Assembly (NCBI GenBank): GCA_964035545.1
Contig: OZ037770.1
Location: forward strand, 8,004,973 to 8,068,972
Source of the DNA: Bugula neritina
Lineage: Eukaryota; Animalia; Bryozoa
Length of the DNA: 64,000 nucleotides
Direction of reading: 5' to 3'
The translations under genes and the position numbers were made by a program. The notes below the pieces were generated by a model. It was not told the DNA's origin. It saw nothing but the letters and a program-made list of their open reading frames with translations, and did not search any database. Of the stretch, positions 13,729 to 43,000 are shown in pieces; the first letter of the stretch is position 1, and the number at the start of each line of letters is the position of its first letter.

Positions 13729-14312
13729 ACACTTTGCTGTATCATAGGCCATAACGTAAAATGTCAGCCTATTTTACAAACTTCCGAGCTTCCAGTACGG
13801 CATTGCAGTATGTCAGCATCAAGCACTGCTTGATTCAAACAACTTGTGGCGGGCTCCTATTGAACAGGAAGACATTCACGTCAATTCATTAGATATAACT
13901 GTCCAATGAGGTGCTATAGATCGTACCCAATAGCGGACTTTGAGAACTTTAGCCCGTACACATTGACAATGGCTGACATTTTACGTTACGGCGCACGATA
14001 AGGCAATTACCCGTCATTCACACTTTGCTGCACCGTATGCCGTGCCATAAAATACCAGCCAGTTTTACAAATGTCCGAGATTCCTGTACGGTGCTACGGT
14101 ACGCTAAGATCAAGCATTGCTTGATTCAAGTAAGTTGCTGCGGGCTCCTATTCGACAGAAAAACTTCTGAGTTAACTAATTGGATATAACTGTCCAATGA
14201 AGTGTCATAAATCGTACCTAATAGCAGACTTTGAACACTTCAACCCGGGCACATTAAAATGGCTGGTATTTTATGTTACGCCGTACGATATGGCAAAAGT
14301 GTGAATGACGGG
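13729..14312. mobile_element. Two adjacent ~290-bp MITE copies with terminal inverted repeats
   Basis: Second copy: CCCGTCATTCACACTTTGC (14010) pairs with GCAAAAGTGTGAATGACGGG (to 14312). First copy: CCATAACGTAAAATGTCAGCC pairs with GGCTGACATTTTACGTTACGG. The interiors are homologous to each other and a fragment recurs at ~6641-6701. Confidence 0.7.
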
Positions 14313-15118
14313 TTAGTGTGTCTAGGTGGTAAGCTAAAAACAACTATGCTATGTGTAGAAGGTGTGGATCATTTTACAAGAGTAATTTGCCATTTGCTTC
14401 ATTTTCTAATATATATTTGGTCAGAAATAACACGTTCTATAAAAGCAAGTACAATTACACCTTTGCTGTATTAGAATAGATCACTGAAGCCACATAAACA
14501 CTTAATACTATTTGTTACAAACTGTAAAACTCTAAGCACACTACACTTAATAAACTTTGCCTCAATGATGTTCTTCAGAATTAGAAGTTGAATTTTAATA
14601 GCACATCGTTTACTAGATACCATGTGTTAAAATCTATTAGACAATTGGGACCAGTTTTGATTGTACTGTGCTTTGACTTTAGAAATAACATATAAAATAT
14701 TTCGGACTCACAAAAGCTAGCAATAATCAAAGTAATTAAATATCTATTAACAGAGAATATGCGAAATAGAAAGGTACTTAGTACTGGAACTTTTCCCATG
14801 AGCTGTTGAAAGTGGCCTAACAGTATAAAAAAATTGAAAGAAAAGTATAAAAACACTCAGTAGAAGTAGACTATAGATGGCTGTAAAAAATGTTATGTTG
14901 ATTAATTTTTACGTCTTGAACCTTTTCTCTGTTCATTTCTTCTTAAAATTTATTTGCCCTACAAGAAAGGTGACCAAGTTATTGAATACAGTGAGACAGG
15001 AGACAAAAATGGCGCTAAATGACTACCTAGAATACGTCACATAAACAGATCAGCCTTTTATCTTGAACCAGCAACAATTTAAAATATTGACACGCGTTAA
15101 GTTAGTACTGAAGGACAC

Positions 15119-29191
<14,073 letters not shown>

Positions 29192-29930
29192 GACGGCTAT
29201 TGGATGATGACTCTTAAAATAATGTTCAATTCTTATAGTCTTATAATTCAGTATAAAAACACAATATCCTAGCTGCAATTCAGAAACAAAAAATCTCTCT
29301 AACTGAAGAAACAATGCAATTCTTGGACAGTCATTTATGCAATAAAATGTTTGCCCTAAGAAAGGTGATCTCACATATTGCCATCAGAGAACCTCCAGCA
29401 CCAGATGAATTTCAGATAAAGAATCTTAGGTAACTGATACTATATGATATGTCAAAAGATTTTTGACAAAGTTGCTTTATAATATACTAATATGTTATAC
29501 AACAGCTAAAGAGATGGTGATTGGCTGCTGTGCTTACAAGTTCTAGCAGATATTTACATTCAAACACTTGATAAACCTTCACTAGCAATATAACTGATAG
29601 TGGTTAGTTGGCAAACAGTAATAACATTTATCAATACACAAAAACTTCCTGGTAAAACACTAAGCTATAATGTGATTTGTCAGCTTCAAGCCATTGTGCA
29701 GTTGATGCCTTCGTCTTTTAAATACCATATATGCTTACTTAACTCTGTGGCATTTCTATATCTTTTATGTTTGAAGGAGCTGTTTGTATAGGCGCTTTTT
29801 AAAGTCAGTTTCACATAGTTCGATGCACGTGTGGGAGCTGCTTGGTGATGTTATGGTGGCCTGGTAGCTGATATCAGAGAGTAAGCACTTGCCATTCAGT
29901 AGACAGTTTGATTTCCTAATATATATACTA

Positions 29931-30095
<165 letters not shown>

Positions 30096-31052
30096 GTATA
30101 TATATATCTGTATATATAATTATATAGTTGGTTGTATTGTGCACTGCGGTTTATTTTATGTAAGTAGTGAGAACACAATTCCTGCCAAACTTTAGTCTAA
30201 AGTATAAAATGACACACCTAAATCGTGAAAATATATTTGAAAAATTACTATCACAACAATAATAATAGTGTCATTATTGAATTATTTTATTAAAAAGTAG
30301 TAATGTATAGTTGCAGATAAAACAATTTGAACTCACTTGTTTCTGAGTATACCAAATATTTTTCTCGCAAGTTCTGAAAGTATTTCATGAGAAAAAACAT
30401 CAAAAGTTTTACTTTTATTTGTCAGAATTCAGTACTATACACAAGCAATATTATTAAGTTAAAAGAATTTATATTTCTTGTGTAAAGCTCTAAGCGCAGT
30501 ACACTCAATAAACCTTGTCTCAGAGATGTTGTTCAAAAAAGTCCAGTTTCAATTAAACGCTGCCTATTAGATACCATGTGTTCAAATCTATTAGATAATT
30601 GATGCCAGTCTTGAATGTATTGTGCTTCGACTTTAGAAATACTACATAAAAAATATTGAAGTTATTACAAGTTGCAACTAATCAAAGTAATTAGCTATTC
30701 CTTAAAAGTGAATATGAGCAATAGAGTGGCACTCAGCAATGGAAATATTCCCATAAGCTGTTGCAAATAATTTAACAGTAAAATATTACCAGAAAGTATA
30801 AAAACACTAAGTAGATGTAGATTATAAGCTAGCTGATAATAAATTTATGTCTTGGACTTTATTCCTGTTTATTCTCTCTCAAACTTCACCTACAATAAAG
30901 GTGACTAGGTTGTATGACACATTGAGACACGAGAGAAAAAATGGAGCTGAATGAAAACCTAAAATATGTGACATGAACAGATCATATTGAACCAGCAACA
31001 ATTTATAATATTTGCAAATGCTAAGTTAGTGTTGCAGTACACTCACACATTA

Positions 31053-34000
31053 TCAGCAGTTATCATAAAGGTGAGTTGAGGTTCTCCCTTCTGGTCCATC
31101 TCTAGCAGAGGTCAAGGTTATTTTGTCTGGACCTTTATAATGAAAGGGTTGATTCGGAGGCAAACTCGTTGATCCTCCATCCAGAGAGTTGGAGTCCATA
31201 AGCTGGTCATCATACTTAGGTTCATTCTCTGGTGGTAATAAGCTGCTAGCAGTGAGCCTTTCATACTGGTGTTGAGGAGTGGAGCCATGTGGTTTCTCAT
31301 AAACCAAAGAAGGAATGAGATCAGGTATCTGTTCATACAAGTGATCAGCTGCGGTGGGAAACCCATTCTCCATCACTTCCTTTACACAGTCATGGATGTA
31401 TCTGTACTGCTCCTGTATTTGTTAATCACAACAAACAAAGTTACACATGGTGTAGTGACTGCTAGAAACTAGAATTATATCACAATTAGTATCTAATAAT
31501 AATAAATTAGGGAATCATAGGGAATCTGAAAGTTCCCTTGGTGATTGATGCATATAGCCTATCGATAGAGTTATTTAAACTAAATTGAAAAAGAAAACCT
31601 TTGGCAACAGATTCTCATAACTTGTAACTTTAAAGAAAGTTTTAAGTTGAAGCTCGAAATCTAAGAATAATTTAAACATTCAATTCTCTTTACATAACAA
31701 AGAGTTTCAAAAATTCTCACAGAAATTTCGAATTTTTCAACAACAGCTCATGCATTTTAAAATGATTGAAACTCATTGAAAGACCAAAATATTACTTTGA
31801 TTTTTTTGGACTCAAGGGAGATAACTATAAATATACAAACGAATGCATAAATTTATGTCCTATGTGCAACTATTAACGGTTACGTTTGATTAATTGTAGA
31901 TAGCAGTAAAGCTTTGATTTGTACAAAGTATCTATATAGATTTGTTCTGATCGTAACTATGGTTCTGCGGTGCTTTGATAATAGCCTACCCCTGTCTGAA
32001 CCATTCTACACCTGTGTTCTCTCATCTCCATCACCAGGTTGAATATGTCTATCTCATCATGATCTTGAACACGTTGAAGAAGTCTATCAACAGCTATGTA
32101 TGTGCCAGTACGACCAACACCAGCACTGTCAAACATTGTATACACCATATCAATACAGAACCATGTAGGAGCATTTAAACATCTGCAGTGTAAAAGTATA
32201 CCAAATAAAATGTTACCTGCAGTGTATAAGTATAACAGATAAAGTGTTACCTGCAGTGTATAAGTATAACAGATGATGTTACCTGCAGGTTACAAGTATA
32301 CCAGATAAAGTGTTACCTGCAGTATAAAAGTATAACAGATAATGTTACCTGCAGGTTACAAGTATACCAGATAAAGTGTTACCTGCAGTGTAAAAGTATA
32401 CCAGATAAAGTGTTACCTGCAGTGTACGAGGATAGGAGAAGAACTTCCGTCTAACATTTGACTTCTCACTGCCATCACAAACTCTAGCAAAGCCTGTGGT
32501 TTTGATGGACATCCAGAGCTGGGCCAGAATGTTGAACAAATGTGTTTGGTAGTTCGTATTATTTCACCCTGAGAGTACAAAAACTGCAGGCAACACGTCA
32601 CATAAGGACCAATAAAATTGTTCCTTCATTTATATGTAGCTTCACAGCATTTGATAATAAGTGCTAGCCAGCAACTTATAGCACTGGATTTTAGCTCGAT
32701 AAACATGCTCGATTCTATATTATACATATAGACCAAACACCGTTGCATTTGGGTTATAGCTCTATAGAAACTGTAAAAGTCAAATGAATATGGTATGTAG
32801 GTCAGAGTAAGAGAACTTACCATTTGAATATCAAATATCCCGATGGTATAATCTGGAAGAACATATTCAGCTCTCTTAGTTACAACTAAGTCACCATATG
32901 CTGCAGGTTCCTCTAGGGTGTCTGGCCAGTACTGTTCACACTGCTTTCTTCCTGAAACATTATCAATCGTTAGCAATTTACATCTCTCTACAAGTTAACA
33001 TACTTACATCTCTCTATTAGTTAATATATTTACCTGTCTCTGTAAGTTGATACACTTACCTTTTTCTATAAGTTAATATATTTACCTCTCTTTATAAGTT
33101 AACATACTCACCTCTCCCTATAAGTTAATATTATTACCCCTCTCTATAAGTTAATACAATTTCTTTCCTCTACAAGTTAATATACTTACTTCTCTTTATA
33201 AGTTAATATACTTACCTCTCTCTATAAGTTGATATACTTGCCTCTCTATATAAGTTAATATACTTACCTCACTCTATAAGTAAATATACTTACCCCTCTC
33301 TATAAGTTAATATATTTATCTCTCTCTATAAGTTAATATTCTTACCTCTCTCTATAAGTTATTACACTTACCTTTCTCTATAAGGTAACATATTCACCTC
33401 TCTCTATAAGTTAATATAATTTCTTTCCTCTATAAGTTAGTATACTTACCTCTCTCCATAAGTTATTATACTTACCTCTCTCTATAAGTTGATATACTTG
33501 CCTCTCTCTATAAGTAAATATAATTACCTCTCTCTATAAGTTGATATACTTACCTCTCTCTATAAGTTGAGTCAACATAACTATCATGCTGATATTCTGT
33601 CCCCAAATCATTCTCCAGAAATGGTTAACTGTGTTTGGTAGAGGACTCTGGGTAGCAATGTAACCTTCCGTAGATGTCTTACCCTATCATAAATATATAT
33701 AAATTTATCGTCTCAAATGCTGAAATTAAAATTAGAAAGGCTTGTTTAAAAGCTGCACATTTAAATAAATAACATGCTGAGAACTTTCATATCATGTGTG
33801 TTGTCCAGACAATTACCAAACAGGTGTGTCTAGCTATATAGTTCAACAATATAATTAAAAATTGTGTTTATATTCAGAATTATATGCATGGCTCTTTAAG
33901 ATGTAAGAACAGGGAGAAATCATAAAATTTCTTACAGGGATAAAGTTAGCATTGATGTAGTCTCCCTCTCCCTTATTAGATGTTAGTTTCACTCTGGAGT

Positions 34001-37000
34001 GATCAACTAGAAACATTAGCAAATGCACTGAGTAACTCTTACTAGTGGTGCTACACATACACTTCTTGCTATATAGAAATTATCATACAACACAAACATG
34101 TAAGTGTACTGGAACCTATCTTTAATATTTTCATGTATTTAAAAAGGGGACTGTACAAACATTTTAGTGCATCAGAAGCCCCTTACTATTTGTACAAATT
34201 CTTCTTTCCAAATGCGTGAGCATGTAGTAACAAGTATACCATATCTAACATTAATAATATCATTCACTTGAAAGAACACACGTGATTGGTTACCTTACAA
34301 ACTAATCAGTTATAAGCTCCTCTTTGACATTTAGTAAAACATCATTTTATTCTGCACAAGAAACACTTTTCATTAATTTTCACTCAGCACAAATTAATTG
34401 GAGTTTTCAGAGACCAAGCCTATGCAACAGTAAATACTAGATACTTTTAGTGCAGGCAAACACATCGTTGTTAAAACTGAATATTTCCAACCCCATACTG
34501 TGCTATATGTAGATAATCGTAAATATTTCACAAAAGTGTATAATTTTAACAAAAACCCTTTGCTGGAAGAATGAAAAATACATTTTTAAATTCTAGTTTC
34601 ATAGTTTGTGTATCTAACTAAAAACAAATACATTTAGTTATAGGGTAGTTTCAAGTTATTTTGAAAACTAGCCTTGCAGTAAATTCGTGCTCTTATATCT
34701 CTGAATGCTGAGAACTCCTACTAATCACAGAAACATGACATCTTTTGAATGTTATTAATGACTTACAAGGCAAGATGTACAGAGTTCTGTTCTTCATCTT
34801 GTTTTCTGGCAGAGAGCCTACATCACAGCTGTAGTTGGCACATTTCTCATCTATTTCCTGTATAGATATAATAATTCTAACCCGATTAGAACAGGACAGA
34901 AGTATATATTTTCAGAACACTGATAAGCATAACACTATATTACGCTATATATAAAAAAAAATTAAAACATATATTGCATAACATAATAATATATTTTAGC
35001 TAAATAAAATAATATAAAGAATACAAATAGACAGCATGAGATACAAGCTTCCTTTTCAGTTTCATAAATTACTTGAAATTCTTTAGAAATTCTTTCGCCA
35101 GTTTCCTCATTAGATTCAAGTCCTTCATGTATTTCTGTCAACTCTGTACTTGTTCTTAGTTGATCAGCTAAATCCTTCTTTTCTTTTCTACAAATAATGT
35201 TGATAATAATATAATCTCCAGAGTGTGTGGGTGGTCATGTGATGTACAGCTGACAGATGATATTGATGAAGAGCTAACAGTAGCAGCAACAGCACGGAGA
35301 TATAGACAAGAGACGGTCACATGTATGCAGACACCTGAAAACATATGAGACAACTTGTATAATTTATATTATATTTTGGTTAGAATAGAAAGTGAGATCT
35401 ACATATAAACCATTACATATAGCAGACTAAACCATTGTAAATCAGAAAAGAGTAGAGATGTAGTTTGAGTATGAAGTAACACATGATCCGAGGAAAATGT
35501 GATATACTCTCTGAAAGCAAAGTAAAAGACGGTGTGATTAGAATTAAAAAGTAAAAAATATCGCATGGCTTTGAACATATACATAGCTTGCTTTATTTAT
35601 TATCTAACACAATCATTACCTTCCTTTCCAAAATGCTAATGGATTTTGTATTTGATGTTTGGAAGTGGGTTAATTGAATGAAGAGACATGAGTCAATGCA
35701 AACCGAAACCACAAGCCTGTACAGACCTTGGGAATGCAGTAAATAAATGTTGAATTAAAATTATTACAGTCCCAAAAAATATATTATTTTGATCATAGCA
35801 AGGTTTTTATACTTACTTTGTTCGTTGTTGACGGCGGAAAATATACACTACCAAAGCGACTCCTACAAGTAGGGTGACAGCAACGACCACCCCTACTATT
35901 ATTGGAATATAGTTGAGCTTAGTCTTAGTCTCAACTATACAGTCAGAGTCACTGTATCCTGCAGAAGTGAATCCTCTTACGTAGACACTGTAAACATGTA
36001 TATATACTATAGTATACAGTGTATATATACTATAATACTACAGTCATAGTCTGTACAATACACAATCAACTTACCAATATTGTTGGTTGGACTTGAGTGG
36101 ACCATTACATAGTCTTGTGTCTCCATCTTTACAACTTGTATCAGTTCCAACATTAATCTGGGTACTTCTTGCCACAGCCCTACAAAAATACAGACTATCC
36201 AGTACCTTACTATCAGTAACTCACTAACTACCAGTAACTCACTCACTACCAGTAACTCATTAACTATCAGTAACTCACTAACTACCAGTAACTCAATAAC
36301 TACCAGTAAATCATCAACCCCCAGTTACTCTGCAATGGGAAGTCGATGTATATTATATGTAATTTTCAGTCAAGCTCATGATAACTTATAATGCAAACAT
36401 ATCTCAAACTCACTGATAGTGGATATAGTCAAGTCACTGGTTGTGTTACTGTAGGTAGAAATATTAACCTTTGTAACAGCTTCTGAGTACTTTATACTTT
36501 CAAAAAAAACATCATATTATAAAAACCCATACAAGGTGACACTGTAATTGGAGTTGGTCAAAGACAAGCTGTTGTGTGTAGATTTCAGACGGGTTTCATG
36601 CGGAGAAAATGGTAAATAGCCAATGGGGAAAGCTGGTGCCAATATGATCTAATTTACTGGTTGCCATTAACGAGTACGCTTTGAGAGTTTGAATTCACGT
36701 TTTAACTTTTAGCAAACTGAATTAAAACTGTTTCAATAGTTATAAAGTCTTCTGCTTACATTATCTAAACTCTAAAGTCATCCTGCGCTGCAGAGCGGAT
36801 GGCGTACCTATAGAAACAAAAGCCTCTAGGCGTGCAGCAAAGTTAAATGCAAATTTCATTAGCAAATAAATTTCCTTTTCTGCATGTAACGCACTCTGTG
36901 TAGTAGGTTGTTTCCGCAATGAATTTTCACGCAATAGGACCCGCACTCGGAAAATGTGTCCAATGAGCCCTACCCTTACTCAACAGCAAATATAATAGTT

Positions 37001-40000
37001 GCGCCTGTAATTGAACATGAACTAAATATAACATCTCCAAGTATACCTTTTCTTTTTGTTAGAGTTGGTTGGCCAATCAGAAGGACTTTTCTCAGGTGCC
37101 GAAATAGCATATGGTTCTTTGAAATCACCTTTCTTAGCTTGTGCCCATGAGGCTACACCAGGAACTGCCTCGCTTAGTTTATCTAAATATATTTAATAAA
37201 CATAATATAGTACCTGTTTGCTAGTTGATTAAAATAAAGCTTTGATATGTGGAGATATGAAATACTGTCAGAGGGTCAACCATAATGTATGTGTTATTAC
37301 AGGTAACACAGTTTCACCACTAAATATAAACAGATCTTAAAAAAAATCACTGAGGAAGAAAGTTATATACAGTAGTTACAGAAACACTTTGATAACTGTT
37401 TAATATTACATAATTATTGTGGACTCTCACAGTTTATAGAGATGTGATGAGATTTAACACAGGAGTATTAGAGAGAGAAGACAATTACCACAATACAAAT
37501 ACATACATGTCTATATAGCTTTTACCTTCTCTGAATTGCCCATTAGAGGCTTGTCCAATAACTAGAATTTGGTATTTAATAATATTTCCTGAATCAAGAG
37601 AAAACATGGTGGTTACATCAGATGGAAGATAAAATGATAGTTGGCTAATTTGTTCATCCACACTGAGTTGTTCTTTTACTGCATCGGATACCTTAGGAAC
37701 TGCTGTGGGAGCTGAAAAAGAAAATATTGAAAGGACTAAAAATAACAAACAACATGATGCATAAAACAGTTCTTATTTTCATTTTAATTTGTCAAACGTT
37801 ATGATTGAATAAGCAGAGAGAATACTATAGTGTAGACACACATACCACATAACCAACTGTTCCTATATCCATCACATAGATATACAGTTTGATGGTAACA
37901 AGTTACATATATTATACCAGAGCATATGTGACATCACCAACAGTACAGAGAGACATACTTGATTCTAGAGTGCTGACAGTTCTAATTGCTGTTTCTCCCC
38001 AACCGTCTGGAGAATTCTGCAGGTACTCAGTTCTTGCTTGTATTGATACTGTGTACTTTTTATTGTGTGAGAGACCACTGGTTAATCTATAACTCTTGGC
38101 TGTAGAGTCCACCTACATAGTTCAGTAGTGTTAAACTATATACTTATATACTAAGGCTAATATATGCTCATCTCTTACACTGAAGTTCTCACACACTCAT
38201 CTCTCACCTCTTTAGTTTCTGCTCCTCTAGATGGAGGGTTTAGCACTTCCTTCCACTGAATCCTGTAACCAGTAATCACACCATTAGGTGGATTTGGCTC
38301 CTCCCAACTAATGTCTATATATGGTGACTTTATACTCCCACTAGTGTCTATCCCAGCTGATGGGTTATTTAATATTGGTTTTGTAAGAACTAATAAAACA
38401 ACACAGAATACTGCATGGTAAATAAAGTTCTAGAAATCCAAGCAAACTCTCTTAATACAAATTCTACATTAAAACCACAAGCTTTAAGAATATCTGCAAC
38501 TGAGAAGACTTGACATAACTGACTTGTTTATTCTCATAATTATGAGATGCTCTTGGCATTTCTCTCCTATAAAAACTGAGAATAACACATTTCAATGCTC
38601 AGATTTTAGGAATAGATTATAAGTTGTAAACTATTAAAACAGTTATAAACATAGATTTGATGTACTTACGGTATTGTTTAGTTCTCTGAAGTATATCTCG
38701 TGAGTCACCATAACCTGCTGATGTTTTAGCTTGAACTGATACTGTGTACTCAGTATAGGGTTCAAGGCCAGTGATATTGTATTCAGGAGAATCCTACAGT
38801 AATTATTAACTTTATGTTCATAGGTCAAAAGTTTACAACACATTGAAATATATTGCCGCAGATAAAATTATTACTTTGTTCTGGAAAGTAGCAGTCAACA
38901 GGAGTTTAGAGTATGCAAATGAAAAGGCAGGTTATAGTAGAGCAAGTCATAACACAACACTATAGCACAGGAGAGTATTACCTAACATACACTGACGACT
39001 CCCACAATAAACGAGTTAAACTGAAAAATACTGATATCTGAGAAAAATTAATGTATCAAAGTAACTGGTACAACATATGAATTGTGGAGAATTGGCTTAA
39101 CCATTACTAGACAGTTCTTGTATGTAACCTATCAGTAGTGATACAGAATATAACGAAGTGTAGATACAGAGTAGTTAAACTATCTTTTTCCTTCACAAAA
39201 TTAGAATATTTTATGAACCTATATGTATAGCCTACATCAAGATAGCTACTACGGTCTCACAACTACAGAATTAAAATTAAGATAGTCACTTTTAGTAGGG
39301 TCTCACAAAAACAGAATCAGAATTGATATTATTAGACACTCACATCAGCTGAGACATTTATTGATGCTGTACGACTGGGTAGAACTGATATTCTGTAACT
39401 TTTAATAACTCCAACACCTTCACTTGAGACACTGGTCCAGGAAATATATATTGAAGAGTGAGTATAAGACAGGATGTTGACAGTGTCAGGAGCATTAGGA
39501 CCTGTAACAGTATGTAGGGTATTAAATATATCATGTGTCAACTAGTGTATGTGTCAACTAGTGTATGTATCAACTAGTGTATGTGTCAACTAGTGTATGT
39601 GTCAACTAGTGTATGTATCAACTAGTGTAAGTGTCAACTAGTGTATGTGTCAACTTGTGTATGTATCAACTAGTGTATGTGTCAACTAGTGTATGTGTCA
39701 ACTAGTGTATGTGTCAACTAGTGTATGTGTCAACCAGTGTATGTGTCAACCACTGTATGTATCAACTAGTGTATGTATCAACTAGTGTATGTGTCAACTA
39801 GTGTATGTGTCAACTAGTGTAGGTATCAGTCAGTGTATGTGTTAACCAGTGTATGTGTCAACCACTGTATGTATCAACCAGTGTGTGTGTCAATTATGTC
39901 AACCAAATTCTTGAATATTAATCAGCTATCATTCTAATATGACTAAAAAACCAATTACAATGTTATATATTAAAAAAACATCACAACATTTCCAAAATTT

Positions 40001-43000
40001 CCTAAAAATCATAAACTTATAAATTTACTGTAGCACATATATACATAACAAACATAAAATCTAATGGCTCATAAAGATTAAAAAGTCTACTAAGTAACTT
40101 TGAGGAGTGAAGAGATTACTTGTAGAAAGTTAACATAACGGATTTACGTTTTTCAGTTGTGGTAGCATTTTCTTGACTTGAAGATGGTTTTTTAGTGTTA
40201 ACGGCCCAAACAACAAATGTGTAATTGGTGAAAGGGGACAGCTTAGTTACAGTGTAGGATATGGAAGAGAAATCTGCTGACTTTAGTATTACATCACCCA
40301 GTCTATTGGTGCATTCTACAACCTTTTCATCTATTGCTGCTGTGTAGTTGTGCTCTCTTCTCTGTAACAACACAATCTCTGATTACCTCACTGTGTTGTG
40401 AGTACAAGTGACACACTACACAGGAAGGAACTATTATTTACCCGACAGTTTTCACAGGAAATGAGAGCAGAGCTGACACAAGTACTATTAGAGAGTAGTT
40501 TTGTTTGAATCACATAGGCTACTACTACTCCGTTCTCTTGCACAGGTTTATTCCAAGTTAACGTGACGCTAGAGCTAGTGGCTCCAGTTGCTGTGAGGTT
40601 TGCTACTGGACTAGGTTCTGTAAGAGAGTAAATGGAATACATACATCAGAAGATATAATAAACACTATCAATATCATATGGTGAGCCATGTGAACAGATG
40701 AGCAAATACAACATTTTAAAAACATGATATAGTAATTCAAGTGTATAATAGTAAAATAACACAACTAAATACAGAGCTAAAGACACTTGATAGAATATAT
40801 TTATATCGTAATAGAAGTGAACATACTATCTTCATCAGTTGTAACATCTACTCTCTCTGTATAATTACTATACTTGTAGGAGTCAGGTCTCTCTACATCT
40901 GCAGCTTGAGCTCTAACAGTGAAACTGTATGAAGTATCTGCACTCAGTGAAGAGTACTCTTTGAATGTGGTGCTACCAGAAACTGTATCTGTTAAAGTAA
41001 AGACTACCTCATGTTACCAGATAGATATAGAATACACACTATGTATCACACTAGATGACTCTCACAGCTATATATAAGTAGTCTAGTATCATATACAGCA
41101 TGTATGGCTAGTGACAGGGTGTACCTATACCCTCACCTGTGATATTCCCTTCTGGTGTAAAGAGCACAGTCTCAAATCCATCTCTTCTACCAGTTCCTAA
41201 ACTCCAAGTAAAGTTCAGCATACTGCTTCCTGGAGGAATCTTCACCTCAACTGATTCTGGTTTGGTTGGAACTGCAGAGAAACACAAAGGAATGCAGGTA
41301 TGAGGAACTAGTGGTCATTAGCAAGATGGAGGGAGGTGGTAGCAAGAGTTCACAGGTAAACTTGAAGTATTTGTGAAACTTAAAAATAAATTAAGAAGAA
41401 TAGATAACTTTAGATAGGTTAACACTGAGTTCTCATAAAAACAAATATACACAAAGCTAATGAGAAAATAGAGATCAGTTACCCAATATCCAAGGAAAAA
41501 TAGCGGCTATATATACAAATACTAATAAAACTTCAAACTGCATTATAATGTAATACAGGGCTGAAAGAGCATATTATAAAAACAATCATATAGTATGTAG
41601 ATGTAATCAGACAAGAGCCACTTAGTAATAATAAAATGAGAAAGTTTGCAAAAGTAAATTTAATATAACGCTAGTAACAGATGTAGTAAATTGTTAGAAG
41701 TGCAAATGTTGACCACTGCAAAAACTACAAAAACAGGGGAGCCAGTCACAGTAAAATACAAACTTATCTACAATTTTCTTCAAAATACTAACAGCCTTGC
41801 AAGAAAAATATAGCATCTATTATCAACTAAAACGGTTAAAAACTAAAAAATTTTAAATGCTGACAACCTAGAGCTGGCTTAAAGTCATAGCAAGTCAAGT
41901 CAACTGTTAACCAAGTTAAGTTAAAAACAGCAAAACCTGAGCTGACTTGAATTAGTTTGAATAGATTTGCAAGAAACAACTCAAATTATGCACATATTAC
42001 AAAGTGTGCTGGGTTATTACATGAATTTAGCATTGGAAAAATATCACTATTTTGGTTCTAGCCATTTAGAAGTTAAAATTTATCAATCAGTAAGAAATAA
42101 AACCCAAAAAACTGCCATAAAGTAGAATATACCAAGTCTGTTTTTCATATTAAAACTATTAAAATATTTATGATGAACTTGAAAAATAAAATTAAACAAT
42201 TTGATACTTTGACCAGCATAGAGTCTGAGCAACAAAACACTGAATATCCTACTATTATAAGTAGGTACAGGTTGTGAATACAAGACATGCGGACACAACT
42301 CACCAACTGTGTATTTAACCTCATTACTTTGTGGACTCCTTTTACCCGTAGAGGAGACAGATTTAACAACAAACGTGTATCCGTGTCCCTCTGTGAGGTT
42401 GTCTATGAGTAAGGGGCCAGTGGTATTTCCAGTAGTATTAACACTTGTAAGTTTATTATCAGACTAAAACATATTATAATTTTCCTTAGAATGTATTCAC
42501 GAGATAATATTATCTGCCACAGCTTTTAGTAAATCGATAAAATACAGTAGGAAACACACAAATAACAGCTGCCAACGAATCTGAAATGAAACTGCTTAAC
42601 AAGTGAAACATTGCTATCTCATGTGAGTGTACAGAGACTTACATCTGTGTAGTTGACTTCATAATAACTAATATCAGCCATCCCTGTATGTTCATCCCAT
42701 TTTAGAGTAACCGAGGTGTCTCTACGTTCTGTTATCACAAGATTCTCGGGAGAGGATTGACCTGAACATTTATACAATACATTGTGATTATAATATATAT
42801 GAATAGTTGAAACATGACTAGGAAAGCGTTGAAATATAGGAATATAGTAACACTGTGTTATAGAATGTTACAGCACACAAGAAGCTACCTGGTTTAACTT
42901 CATTGAAGTCCACCCATCCACTCTGCACAGAGTCAGAAGTAGTGTTCACATAAGCTTGTATAGAGATAGTATAAACCCTTCCTTGAGTAGCACCTGGCAG

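Noticed and set aside
36007-36246. ORF-track frame [15 protein letters not shown] for this exon
   Set aside because: The other frame ([29 protein letters not shown]) matches the RPTP juxtamembrane motif and the splice phases.
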